DNA of 64,000 nt, from positions 23,066 to 87,065 of the forward strand of contig CAVQQM010000008.1 in assembly GCA_963714915.1 (NCBI GenBank), given 5' to 3'. The stretch is from an uncultured Gammaproteobacteria bacterium (lineage in GTDB: Bacteria; Pseudomonadota; Gammaproteobacteria; Chromatiales; Chromatiaceae). A model generated the notes under the pieces. It saw only the letters and a list, made by a program, of their open reading frames with translations, made no database searches and was not told where the DNA came from. Position numbers and translations under genes: made by a program. Of this stretch, positions 29,458-37,314 are shown piece by piece (position 1 is the first letter of the stretch; each line of letters opens with the position of its first letter).

Positions 29458-30327
29458 TCAGGCCGGGATCAGGTGTTTGTGCAGGCGATACAGGAAGGTG
29501 TCGCGGCTCAACCCGAGCAGCCTGGCCGCGCGGCTCTTGTTGCCGCCCGCCAGGGCCAGCGCCTGGCGCAGAAGCTCCGCCTCGAGCCCGTGGAAATCGA
29601 TCCCCTGGGGCGGCAGCACGAAACCAGGATCCTCGGCCGTGGCGCCCGCACCCCTGACCATCTCGGCGGGCAGATCCTCTGGCCTGACGACCTTGCCAGC
29701 ACACAAGATCACCAGACGCTCGCACAGGTTCGCAAGCTCACGGAGGTTTCCGGGCCAGTGATGGCGACGGAAGAGGCGCTCGGCGCCGGCGCTCAAGCGC
29801 GGCATCGGGAAGCGATGGCGGCCGGCGGACGCGGCCAGGAAGTGGGCCGTGAGGGCGGGCACGTCGAGTAGGCGCTCGCGCAGCGAGGGCACCTCGATGG
29901 GCACCACGCACAGGCGCAAATGCAGATCGCGCCGGAAGCGTCCGGCCGCCACCGCCGCCCCCAGGTCAAGCGCGCTGGCGGCGATCACCCTCGGGGTCGG
30001 CCTGCCCTGGTCCCGGGCGATCAACAGACCGAGCAGGCGGGTCTGGGCCGCATCGTCCAGCTCGCCCACCTCACCGAGATACAGCGTCCCGTCCGCGGCG
30101 AACGCGATAGCGTCCTCGAGGACCTGCGGCGACGCGCCCACGCAGTTCAGTGGCACCAATGGCCCGTCACGCCTTGGACCGAGTCGGTGCACCTCGGTCG
30201 CCAGGGTGGCGCGCCCACTGCCGGGCTCACCGAGCAGGAGCAGACCCACGTCCGTGGCGCCCACCATGCGCGCCGCGTTGCGCATGCGGTGAAAAGCCGG
30301 GGAGTTACCGATCATCTCGCTCTTCAC
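29458..30327 (-). CDS. Degenerate sigma-54 interaction (AAA+)-Fis HTH regulator lacking GAFTGA
   Basis: GTG start after AGGAGG; GEPGSGRA, LYLGEV, FRRDLHLRL, WPGNLREL, HTH GNKSRAARLLGLSRDT. Confidence 0.85.
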   Translation of the reverse strand: MKSEMIGNSPAFHRMRNAARMVGATDVGLLLLGEPGSGRATLATEVHRLGPRRDGPLVPLNCVGASPQVLEDAIAFAADGTLYLGEVGELDDAAQTRLLGLLIARDQGRPTPRVIAASALDLGAAVAAGRFRRDLHLRLCVVPIEVPSLRERLLDVPALTAHFLAASAGRHRFPMPRLSAGAERLFRRHHWPGNLRELANLCERLVILCAGKVVRPEDLPAEMVRGAGATAEDPGFVLPPQGIDFHGLEAELLRQALALAGGNKSRAARLLGLSRDTFLYRLHKHLIPA

Positions 30328-30453
30328 GGTCGAGCCTCCTGTCGCACCAATCGCCCTCAGGGCGAGCCAGCGGCCCCAATGGCCGGCTTGGGTGGGCGGC
30401 CGCGGCCGCGACCCGAGGGATCGCCCTGTGCCTCGCAAGCCTGTTATGAAACC

Positions 30454-31137
30454 CTAGGCATTGTATCCTTGAAAATGCAGGGTCGACAGCCCGAGGACGA
30501 TGACGACGACGCCCGCGGCGGCCTGGACGCGGCGGTCGCGCCCCAAGCCATAGAGCCGACCGGCCGCGAATCCGCCGAGCAACAGCACGGGGAAGGTACC
30601 GAGCCCGAACAGGGCCATGTAGAGTGCCCCCCCGAGCGCACCGCCCTGGGCCGGGGCGCCGATCAGCATGGTGTAGACCAGGCCGCAGGGTAGCCAACCC
30701 CAGACCGCACCATAGAGCAGGGCCCGCGGGAGACTACGCAGGGGCAGCAGGGCGCGACCAAGCGGCTCCAGTCGCCGCCACAGGGGCACGCCCACGCGCT
30801 CGACCCAGGCAAAACGCGGGAACCAACCGCCGATGTACAGTCCGATCCCGATGACCACCAGCGCGGCGATCAGACGCATCCCGTCGTAGAGCCAGGTCCG
30901 CACCCCCTCCCCTAGGAGCGCGCCGCCCAGCCATCCGAACAAGGCACCGGCACAGGCGTAGCTCAGGACCCGGCCGAGGTTGATGGCGAGCAGATAGGCG
31001 AGTAGACGATCGGGCCGGGCGCGGGTCGACGCGGGGAGGGAGAAGCTCAGGGCGCCGACGATGCCGCCGCACATACCCGCGCAATGGAGCGCGCTGAACA
31101 GCCCGACCACGAACGCGAGTAGATGGCTGGTGTACAC
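30454..31137 (-). CDS. DsbD_2 / TauE-SafE-like membrane protein
   Basis: SALHCAGMCGG and GWLPCGLVY, MALFGLGT, about 6 TM helices. Confidence 0.85.
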   Translation of the reverse strand: MYTSHLLAFVVGLFSALHCAGMCGGIVGALSFSLPASTRARPDRLLAYLLAINLGRVLSYACAGALFGWLGGALLGEGVRTWLYDGMRLIAALVVIGIGLYIGGWFPRFAWVERVGVPLWRRLEPLGRALLPLRSLPRALLYGAVWGWLPCGLVYTMLIGAPAQGGALGGALYMALFGLGTFPVLLLGGFAAGRLYGLGRDRRVQAAAGVVVIVLGLSTLHFQGYNA

Positions 31138-31184
31138 GGCGGTCGCGGTCCCCGCTCAATCAACCCAATCGAGGAGTCTGACCA

Positions 31185-31634
31185 TTGGAGCTGTTGAAGG
31201 CCAATCTGGACCTGGGCGTGATCGCCGTCCTGGGGTTCATGAGCTTCCTGATGATCACCTTCGTGATCGAACGCTATCTCTATCTCGGCCGTGTCGATCT
31301 GGCGACCTTCGAGCATCCGGACGATCTCGACATCGCACTCACCCGCCACCTCACGGTGATCGCGAGCGTGGGGGCGAATGCGCCCTACGTCGGGCTGCTG
31401 GGCACGGTGCTCGGAATCCTCATCACCTTCTATGACATGGGTCAGGCGGGGAGCATCGATACCGCGACCATCATGGTCGGGTTGGCACTCGCCCTCAAGG
31501 CGACCGCGCTGGGTCTGGTGGTCGCAATCCCATCCATCGTCTTCTACAACGCCCTGCTGCGCAGAGTCGATGTGCTCAAGGGTCGCTGGCGCAGCCAACG
31601 GGATCGCGCGGGAGACCGGGGGGCGCAGCCATGA
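31185..31634 (+). CDS. exbB: TonB-system energizer ExbB
   Basis: NAPYVGLLGTVLGI, ALKATALGLVVAIP. Confidence 0.92.
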   Translation: MELLKANLDLGVIAVLGFMSFLMITFVIERYLYLGRVDLATFEHPDDLDIALTRHLTVIASVGANAPYVGLLGTVLGILITFYDMGQAGSIDTATIMVGLALALKATALGLVVAIPSIVFYNALLRRVDVLKGRWRSQRDRAGDRGAQP

Positions 31635-32020
31635 GACGCATGGATCAGATCAACGTCATCCCATTCATCGACATCATGCTGGTGTTGTTGGCCATCGTGC
31701 TGACGACCGCCACCTTCATCGTCGAAGGCCGGCTGGAGATCAAGCTGCCCGAGGCCCAGACCGAGACCCCCGCCGAGGCACTGAAGCCGATCGAGATCGC
31801 CGTGGACGCCGACGGTGGGCTCTTCGTCGACTCCCAGCCCCTGGGCCTGGGCAGCGAGGCGATCGCCTCACTCGCGCCCCGGCTCGACGGCCTCGATCCG
31901 GCCACCCCGATCGCGTTACGGGTCGACGCCCGCGCACGCTTCGAGCGTTTCATCGCCGTGGTCGACCTGCTCAAGGCGCGCGACCTCGAGCGCATCACGG
32001 TGATCACCCGTCAGCCGTGA
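31631..32020 (+). CDS. exbD: ExbD/TolR biopolymer transport protein
   Basis: INVIPFIDIMLVLL; start overlaps the exbB stop. Confidence 0.92.
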   Translation: MRRMDQINVIPFIDIMLVLLAIVLTTATFIVEGRLEIKLPEAQTETPAEALKPIEIAVDADGGLFVDSQPLGLGSEAIASLAPRLDGLDPATPIALRVDARARFERFIAVVDLLKARDLERITVITRQP

Positions 32021-33036
32021 TGGTCATGGGAGGATGCCGCGGCTGCCTGGCTCTGGGCGCGCTGGCCTCGGCGGCGCTGCACGGGGCGGTCCTGGTCTCC
32101 TGGCTACGTGCGCCCGAGCCGGCGTCCGAGCCACCATCCGAGCAGGCGCTGACCCTCGATCTGGCCCTGTTTGCCCCCGGGCCGCAAGCGGGCTCAACCG
32201 AGCCGACCCAGAACGACGCCGCGTCGGTCACGGCCCCGCCGTCCCCACTGAGTCCAGCGACGGAGCCCGCGCCCGAGAAGACCCCGACCCCGGTCGTCGC
32301 CGAGCTCAAGGCGAGCGACCTGGCAAGCGCGGACACCCTCGAACCGCCGGATTTGCTCCCGAAGGTGCCAGACGCCCCGGAGCCGCTCCCAGAGACGCCC
32401 TCGCCGGCACCACCCGAGCCACTGGCGGCGCTCGCCCCGGCGCGAGACCCAACCCCCACACAGGACTTGGAGGTGAGGCCCGAACCGCCCACGATATCCG
32501 CGGTGCAGCCGAGGCCCAAGCCGGAGCCCAAACCTCGACCCAAGGCGGAACCGAAGCCCAAGCCAGCGGCCAAGGCCAAACCGGCACCGAAGGTCGAGCC
32601 CAAACCGATCCCCAGGTCCCAGGCCAAGCGTGACATCGCGGTCTCGCCGGCATCCAAAGACCGGGCCCCCGCGCAGACCGGCAAGGGCGACACAAAGGGC
32701 CGGACCGCGGCCCGATCGACCGGCACCACGGCCGCGGAGAAGGCGCGCGCGGAGCAGGCCTATCTGGCCGAGCTACAGCGTGCCATCGGGCGCCATCAAC
32801 GCTTCCCCGATGACGCCCGCAAGCGCCGCAAAACGGGTACCGCGACCCTGTCGTTCGTCATCAAGTCGGATGGGCGCATCCGTAGCGTGCGGCTGGCAAA
32901 GTCCTCGGGCGATGCGAGCCTCGACAAGGCGGCCCTCCAGGCGCTGCACCGGCTGAACCGATTCAAGCCCATCCCCGTCGCCATCGGCCGCTCGAGCTGG
33001 ACCCTGCGCGTGCCGATCCGTTTCGATCTGAGGTGA
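32020..33036 (+). CDS. tonB: TonB family energy transducer
   Basis: TM anchor with SAALH, Pro-rich and KP-repeat linker, TonB_C domain (FPDDARKRRKTG, SSGDASLDKAA, VPIRF). Confidence 0.88.
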   Translation: MVMGGCRGCLALGALASAALHGAVLVSWLRAPEPASEPPSEQALTLDLALFAPGPQAGSTEPTQNDAASVTAPPSPLSPATEPAPEKTPTPVVAELKASDLASADTLEPPDLLPKVPDAPEPLPETPSPAPPEPLAALAPARDPTPTQDLEVRPEPPTISAVQPRPKPEPKPRPKAEPKPKPAAKAKPAPKVEPKPIPRSQAKRDIAVSPASKDRAPAQTGKGDTKGRTAARSTGTTAAEKARAEQAYLAELQRAIGRHQRFPDDARKRRKTGTATLSFVIKSDGRIRSVRLAKSSGDASLDKAALQALHRLNRFKPIPVAIGRSSWTLRVPIRFDLR

Positions 33037-33128
33037 CCACCCGGCCCCCGGGCGGCTGGCTTTCCCGTCGCCAGACCGTATAGTCTCCATAAGCCATCAC
33101 TGATTGATAACACCGAGAGGACCCTGCC

Positions 33129-33908
33129 ATGCGCGCGCTCGACCTGGAGCATCTCAGCCCCCTGCGGGAGACCCTCAACGACCACGCCATCTACGGCGCC
33201 ATCCGTGACCGGCAGGACCTCCAGGTCTTCATGGCGCATCATGTCTTCTCCGTATGGGACTTCATGTCGCTGATCAAATATCTTCAGCAACATATTGCTC
33301 CAATTCAGATACCCTGGCGCCCCACGGGTGATCCGAGCCTGAGGTACTTCATCAACCAACTGGTTCTGGAGGAGGAATCGGACGCCGCCGAGGGCCCGGA
33401 CGGCACGCCGATCCACGGTAGCCATTTCGAGCTCTACTGCCGGGCGATGGAGGAGATCGGGGCGGACGCGGGGCGTCCTCTGCGCTTTCTCGACCTGGTC
33501 GCGGCGGACGGGATCGACAGCGCGCTCTACTCCGACCTGGTCCCCCTGCCCGCCCGCTATTTCTCCGAGACCACCTTCTGCTTCATCCGCGAGGACAAAC
33601 CCCATCTCGTCGCGGCGGCCCTGGCGGTGGGTCGGGAGCGGGTGATCCCCGAGATGTTTCGCCGTTTCCTCGACCGGATGGGGCTCTCCACCCAGGAGGC
33701 ACCGTCCTTCAACTACTACCTGGAGCGCCACATCCATCTCGACGAGGACTTCCATGGCCCGCTCTCGCTGAAGCTGCTCACGGCCCTGTGCGGGGACGAC
33801 CCGCGGCGGATCGAGGAGGCCGAGACGGCCGCGGAGGAGGCGATCTGCGCGCGGATCCGGTTCTGGGACGGGGTGCTGGAGGCCATCGAGTCGCGCCGTG
33901 GCACCTGA
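33129..33908 (+). CDS. DUF3050 family heme-oxygenase-like helical protein
   Basis: FMAHHVFSVWDFMSLIK, INQLVLEEESD, SHFELY, GRERVIP, YYLERHIHLDEDFHGP. Confidence 0.85.
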   Translation: MRALDLEHLSPLRETLNDHAIYGAIRDRQDLQVFMAHHVFSVWDFMSLIKYLQQHIAPIQIPWRPTGDPSLRYFINQLVLEEESDAAEGPDGTPIHGSHFELYCRAMEEIGADAGRPLRFLDLVAADGIDSALYSDLVPLPARYFSETTFCFIREDKPHLVAAALAVGRERVIPEMFRRFLDRMGLSTQEAPSFNYYLERHIHLDEDFHGPLSLKLLTALCGDDPRRIEEAETAAEEAICARIRFWDGVLEAIESRRGT

Positions 33909-33915
33909 GGTGTCG

Positions 33916-34632
33916 ATGCAGGCACCCATGACCAGCGACGACGACCGCTTCGAGGCCGCCCGCCAGCTCTGGGCCGGACGCTTCCAGGGGGTGATCGCCA
34001 CCCAGTCACTCGCGGAGCCCGGCTACCCGTTCCCCTCGGTCGTCCCCTACTGCCTGGACCGCCAGGGCCGGCCGCTCCTGCTGCTCAGTCACCTCGCCCA
34101 GCACACCAGGAACCTGGATGCGGATCAGCGGTGCGGGTTCTCGGTGGCCGAGCCCGTCGACGGTGACGTGCAGCAGAGCCTGCGTCTCGCCTGCACCGGC
34201 GACGTCACGCCCGTGGGCGAGGACGACACGGCGAGTCACAACCGCTTCTTCCGCTACTTCCCCGCCAGCCGGCCCTACCTGGATCAACTCAACTTCCGGC
34301 TGTACCGGCTCACGCCGCGACGATTCCACGTCAATGGCGGATTCGCGACCGCCCGTTGGCTGGGCACCGAGCGCGTCCTGCGCGAATCACCCCTCGACGC
34401 ATCCGAGGAATCGCGGCTACTCGCGGCACTCGCCGGCGAGCTGGACGCGGCAGCGCCGGGGACCGGACCGGTGCGACTCGCCGGGGTCGATCCCTGGGGC
34501 CTGGATGTTGCGTATGGAGAGCGCCTCGAGCGGATCGCACTCGGCGGCCCCCTGGTCACCCTCGATGATCTCTTGGCCAGGGCCATGGAGGTGCTCGGCG
34601 CGCCTGACCCGGGCGGGAGAACCGACATCTAG
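33916..34632 (+). CDS. HugZ/pyridoxamine-5'-phosphate-oxidase-like split-barrel protein
   Basis: GYPFPSVVPY, LLSHLAQHTRNL, NGGFATARW. Confidence 0.8.
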   Translation: MQAPMTSDDDRFEAARQLWAGRFQGVIATQSLAEPGYPFPSVVPYCLDRQGRPLLLLSHLAQHTRNLDADQRCGFSVAEPVDGDVQQSLRLACTGDVTPVGEDDTASHNRFFRYFPASRPYLDQLNFRLYRLTPRRFHVNGGFATARWLGTERVLRESPLDASEESRLLAALAGELDAAAPGTGPVRLAGVDPWGLDVAYGERLERIALGGPLVTLDDLLARAMEVLGAPDPGGRTDI

Positions 34633-34765
34633 ACCGACGGGCGGGATGACCTAGGCAGCGTCTCAAGCCCGAAATGTTCCGTTTCGGCGTTGATTCTCGC
34701 TAACCCGCCTAGACTTTCGAGAGACAATTACCCATCTTCAAACTTGGTTTTTAGGAGACGTCATC

Positions 34766-35071
34766 ATGTCCAACGCAGCACTCAGCGTACCCGTCGACGG
34801 CGAGGGGTTCTTGGTCAACCGCGACGATTGGAGCGAGGAGGTCGCCACCGAGCTCGCGCACGGGGACGACTTCGAGATGACCGAGCAAGTCATGGACCTG
34901 ATCGTCAAGGCGCGGGCCATGTACGAGGAAGACGGCGTGGTCCCGCCCATCCGGATCTTCGCCAAGAAGCAGAAGATGTCCACCAAGGAGCTCTACGACA
35001 TCTTCAAGAAGGGCCCCATGAAGCTCATCTGCAAGTGGGGCGGGCTGCCCAAGCCGACCGGCTGCGTCTGA
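34766..35071 (+). CDS. DsrC/TusE family sulfur relay protein with both C-terminal cysteines
   Basis: VDGEGFLVNRDDWSEEVA; C-terminus CKWGGLPKPTGCV (C-x10-C); RBS AGGAG. Confidence 0.9.
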   Translation: MSNAALSVPVDGEGFLVNRDDWSEEVATELAHGDDFEMTEQVMDLIVKARAMYEEDGVVPPIRIFAKKQKMSTKELYDIFKKGPMKLICKWGGLPKPTGCV

Positions 35072-35140
35072 TCTGACTGCCGGCACGCCTCGGGTGGCGC
35101 GCCGGCAGGGCCCGCGACCACGCCGCGGCGGTCGGTCCGG

Positions 35141-36355
35141 TCAGACTTCCCCGCGGTTATAGTCGGGCTGGGCGGTGATCCGGTGGATGCTCAGGTCGGC
35201 GCCCATGTATTCAGCCTCCTCGGTCATGCGCAGCCCCATGGCTGACTTGATGATCCCGTAGATCAGATAGCCGCCACCGAAGGCGACGACAACCCCGACG
35301 AGCGTCCCGGCAATCTGGGCCCCGAGGGTCACCCCCCCGACCCCACCGAGGGCCTGGAGCCCGAAGAGGCCGGCGGCCACCCCACCCCAGACGCCACATA
35401 GCCCGTGCAGCGGCCACACCCCGAGCACATCGTCGATACGCCAGCGATTCTGGGTGAGGGTGAAGGCATAGACGAAGAGGGCGCCAGCCACCGCTCCCGT
35501 GATGAGTGCCCCGATGGGGTGCATCAGGTCCGAGCCGGCGCACACCGCCACGAGTCCCGCGAGCGGGCCGTTGTGAAGAAAGCCCGGGTCGTTCTTCCCG
35601 GCGATCAAGGCCGCCAGGATACCGCCCACCATTGCCATCAGCGAATTGACGGCGACCAGACCACTGACGGCCGCGACCGTCTGGGCCGACATGACGTTGA
35701 AGCCGAACCAGCCAACGGTCAGGGTCCAGGCACCTAGAGAGAGGAAGGGGATAGAAGACGGTGGGTGAGCGGTCATGCCCCCGTCCTTGCGATAGCGCCC
35801 GTGACGTGGCCCGAGCAACAGGACCGCCGCCAGGGCGATCCACCCGCCCATGGCGTGCACCACCACGGAGCCTGCGAAGTCATGGAAAGGTGCACCGAAG
35901 GTCGACTCGATGACCCTCTGTAGACCGAAGTTGCCATTCCAGACCATCCCCTCGAAGAAGGGGTAGAGGAAGGCCACGATGAGCAGCGACGCGAGGAGCT
36001 GCGGATAGAAGCGCGCGCGCTCCGCGATCCCGCCCGAGACGATCGCCGGAATGGCAGCGGCAAACGTGAGCAGAAAGAAGAACTTGACCAGGTCGTATCC
36101 GTTGTTGACCTGAAGCGCCTGGGCGCCCGTGAAGAAGCTCACCCCGTAGGCCACCGCGTAGCCGACGAAGAAGTAGGCGACCGTGGACACCGCGAAGTCG
36201 CTCATGATCTTCGCCAGCGCGTTGACCTGATTCTTGGCGCGAACCGTGCCGACCTCGAGGAAGGCAAAACCGGCGTGCATGGCAAGCACCATCACGGCGC
36301 CGATCAGGATGAATAGTACATCTGTGCCTGAATTGAGTTGTACGATCTGCTCCAT
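35141..36355 (-). CDS. amt: Ammonium transporter (Amt family)
   Basis: MHAGFAFLEVG, SGGIAER, HDFAGSVVVH, GWFGFN, IDDVLGVWPLHG. Confidence 0.95.
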   Translation of the reverse strand: MEQIVQLNSGTDVLFILIGAVMVLAMHAGFAFLEVGTVRAKNQVNALAKIMSDFAVSTVAYFFVGYAVAYGVSFFTGAQALQVNNGYDLVKFFFLLTFAAAIPAIVSGGIAERARFYPQLLASLLIVAFLYPFFEGMVWNGNFGLQRVIESTFGAPFHDFAGSVVVHAMGGWIALAAVLLLGPRHGRYRKDGGMTAHPPSSIPFLSLGAWTLTVGWFGFNVMSAQTVAAVSGLVAVNSLMAMVGGILAALIAGKNDPGFLHNGPLAGLVAVCAGSDLMHPIGALITGAVAGALFVYAFTLTQNRWRIDDVLGVWPLHGLCGVWGGVAAGLFGLQALGGVGGVTLGAQIAGTLVGVVVAFGGGYLIYGIIKSAMGLRMTEEAEYMGADLSIHRITAQPDYNRGEV

Positions 36356-36390
36356 TTTCTGACCCCTTGAACGATTGCGGTGCAGCGTTG

Positions 36391-36406
36391 AGCAGAAACC
36401 GTGCCA
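36391..36406 (-). promoter_or_regulatory. Sigma-54 (-24/-12) promoter of amt
   Basis: Minus strand TGGCACGGTTTCTGCT (GG-N10-GC), about 35 bp upstream of the amt start. Confidence 0.75.
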
Positions 36407-36615
36407 TCAATGCGGTTCTCTCCTGGCACGCCGGATCCCCCAAGACGACTCCTGGCCCTTGAGGGCGGCAGTGTCCGGATGTCCCCTCCCCCGGCGTTTA
36501 AACAGCAACAAGGAGGAAGCAAGGGCGGGGGGACCCGCGAGGATCCCCGCGTCATGGGAGGAGAGGGAGGAGACCGCGGATCGCCCGCACAGAGCGCGAG
36601 ACGAGCCGCCGGGAG

Positions 36616-36650
36616 GCACCATGATGGGGCGGCCGCACCGCGTTAGCGCA
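36616..36650. promoter_or_regulatory. Candidate tandem NtrC-like enhancer sites
   Basis: GCACCATGATGGGGC and GCACCGCGTTAGCGC resemble GCAC-N7-GTGC and lie upstream of the sigma-54 amt promoter. Confidence 0.45.
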
Positions 36651-36672
36651 GCCCATGGTCGCTTGGAAGCCC

Positions 36673-37314
36673 TTAGTCGATCGGCGTAGAGCTGGGCGGC
36701 GGGACGGGCTTGGGCAGGGCCCTCAGGACATTCGCGACATCCTGGCTGAAGGCCCCGAGTGCAGCGCTCATGGCCGCGACCAGGGCCTGCTCGTTGGCCG
36801 GCTGGGACAGGGGGTGACGATAGGCGTTCTCATGCACGGCCAGCGCGTGCTCCAGATAGGGATCGAGCACCGCCCAACGCACCTTGAGCACCGCATCGTC
36901 GGTCGGCGTGCGCTCGAAGGTCAGCACGTCGGCGGTCACGCGGAAATCGAGCGGATAACGTACCTCGCTCGGAAAGACGACCACCCGGCTGGTATCCAAC
37001 AGGTAGGCGAGATTCTCGCTCCAGACACGCAGGAAATCGTCCTGCAGGGTCCCGCCCCAGCGGTGGAACTCGTCCACCGCCAGGCGGTTGCCCGCGTCGC
37101 GGGTGACGATCTGGGGTCGATCGAGGAATACGGGGAAGCTGACGGGCCCCAGGCCCACGCCGATCCCGCCGCCGCTCAGGCTCCCCCGCCCGTCGGCCGC
37201 CGGCAGGGGCGAGAGGGTATAGAAGCTCGACGGCGGCGAGCTGGCGCAGCCGCCCAGCCCAACCGACGCGATGATCCCGGCCAGTAGCCAGCCCATGACC
37301 GCCGCCCGATTCAC
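36673..37314 (-). CDS. pqiC: PqiC-like outer membrane lipoprotein
   Basis: Lipobox LGGC, FYTL, FLDRPQIV, HRWGG; follows pqiB. Confidence 0.88.
   Translation of the reverse strand: MNRAAVMGWLLAGIIASVGLGGCASSPPSSFYTLSPLPAADGRGSLSGGGIGVGLGPVSFPVFLDRPQIVTRDAGNRLAVDEFHRWGGTLQDDFLRVWSENLAYLLDTSRVVVFPSEVRYPLDFRVTADVLTFERTPTDDAVLKVRWAVLDPYLEHALAVHENAYRHPLSQPANEQALVAAMSAALGAFSQDVANVLRALPKPVPPPSSTPID

Noticed and set aside
32500-32615. Tandem repeat-like DNA in tonB
   Set aside because: It encodes the ordinary Lys-Pro/Glu-Pro periplasmic linker.
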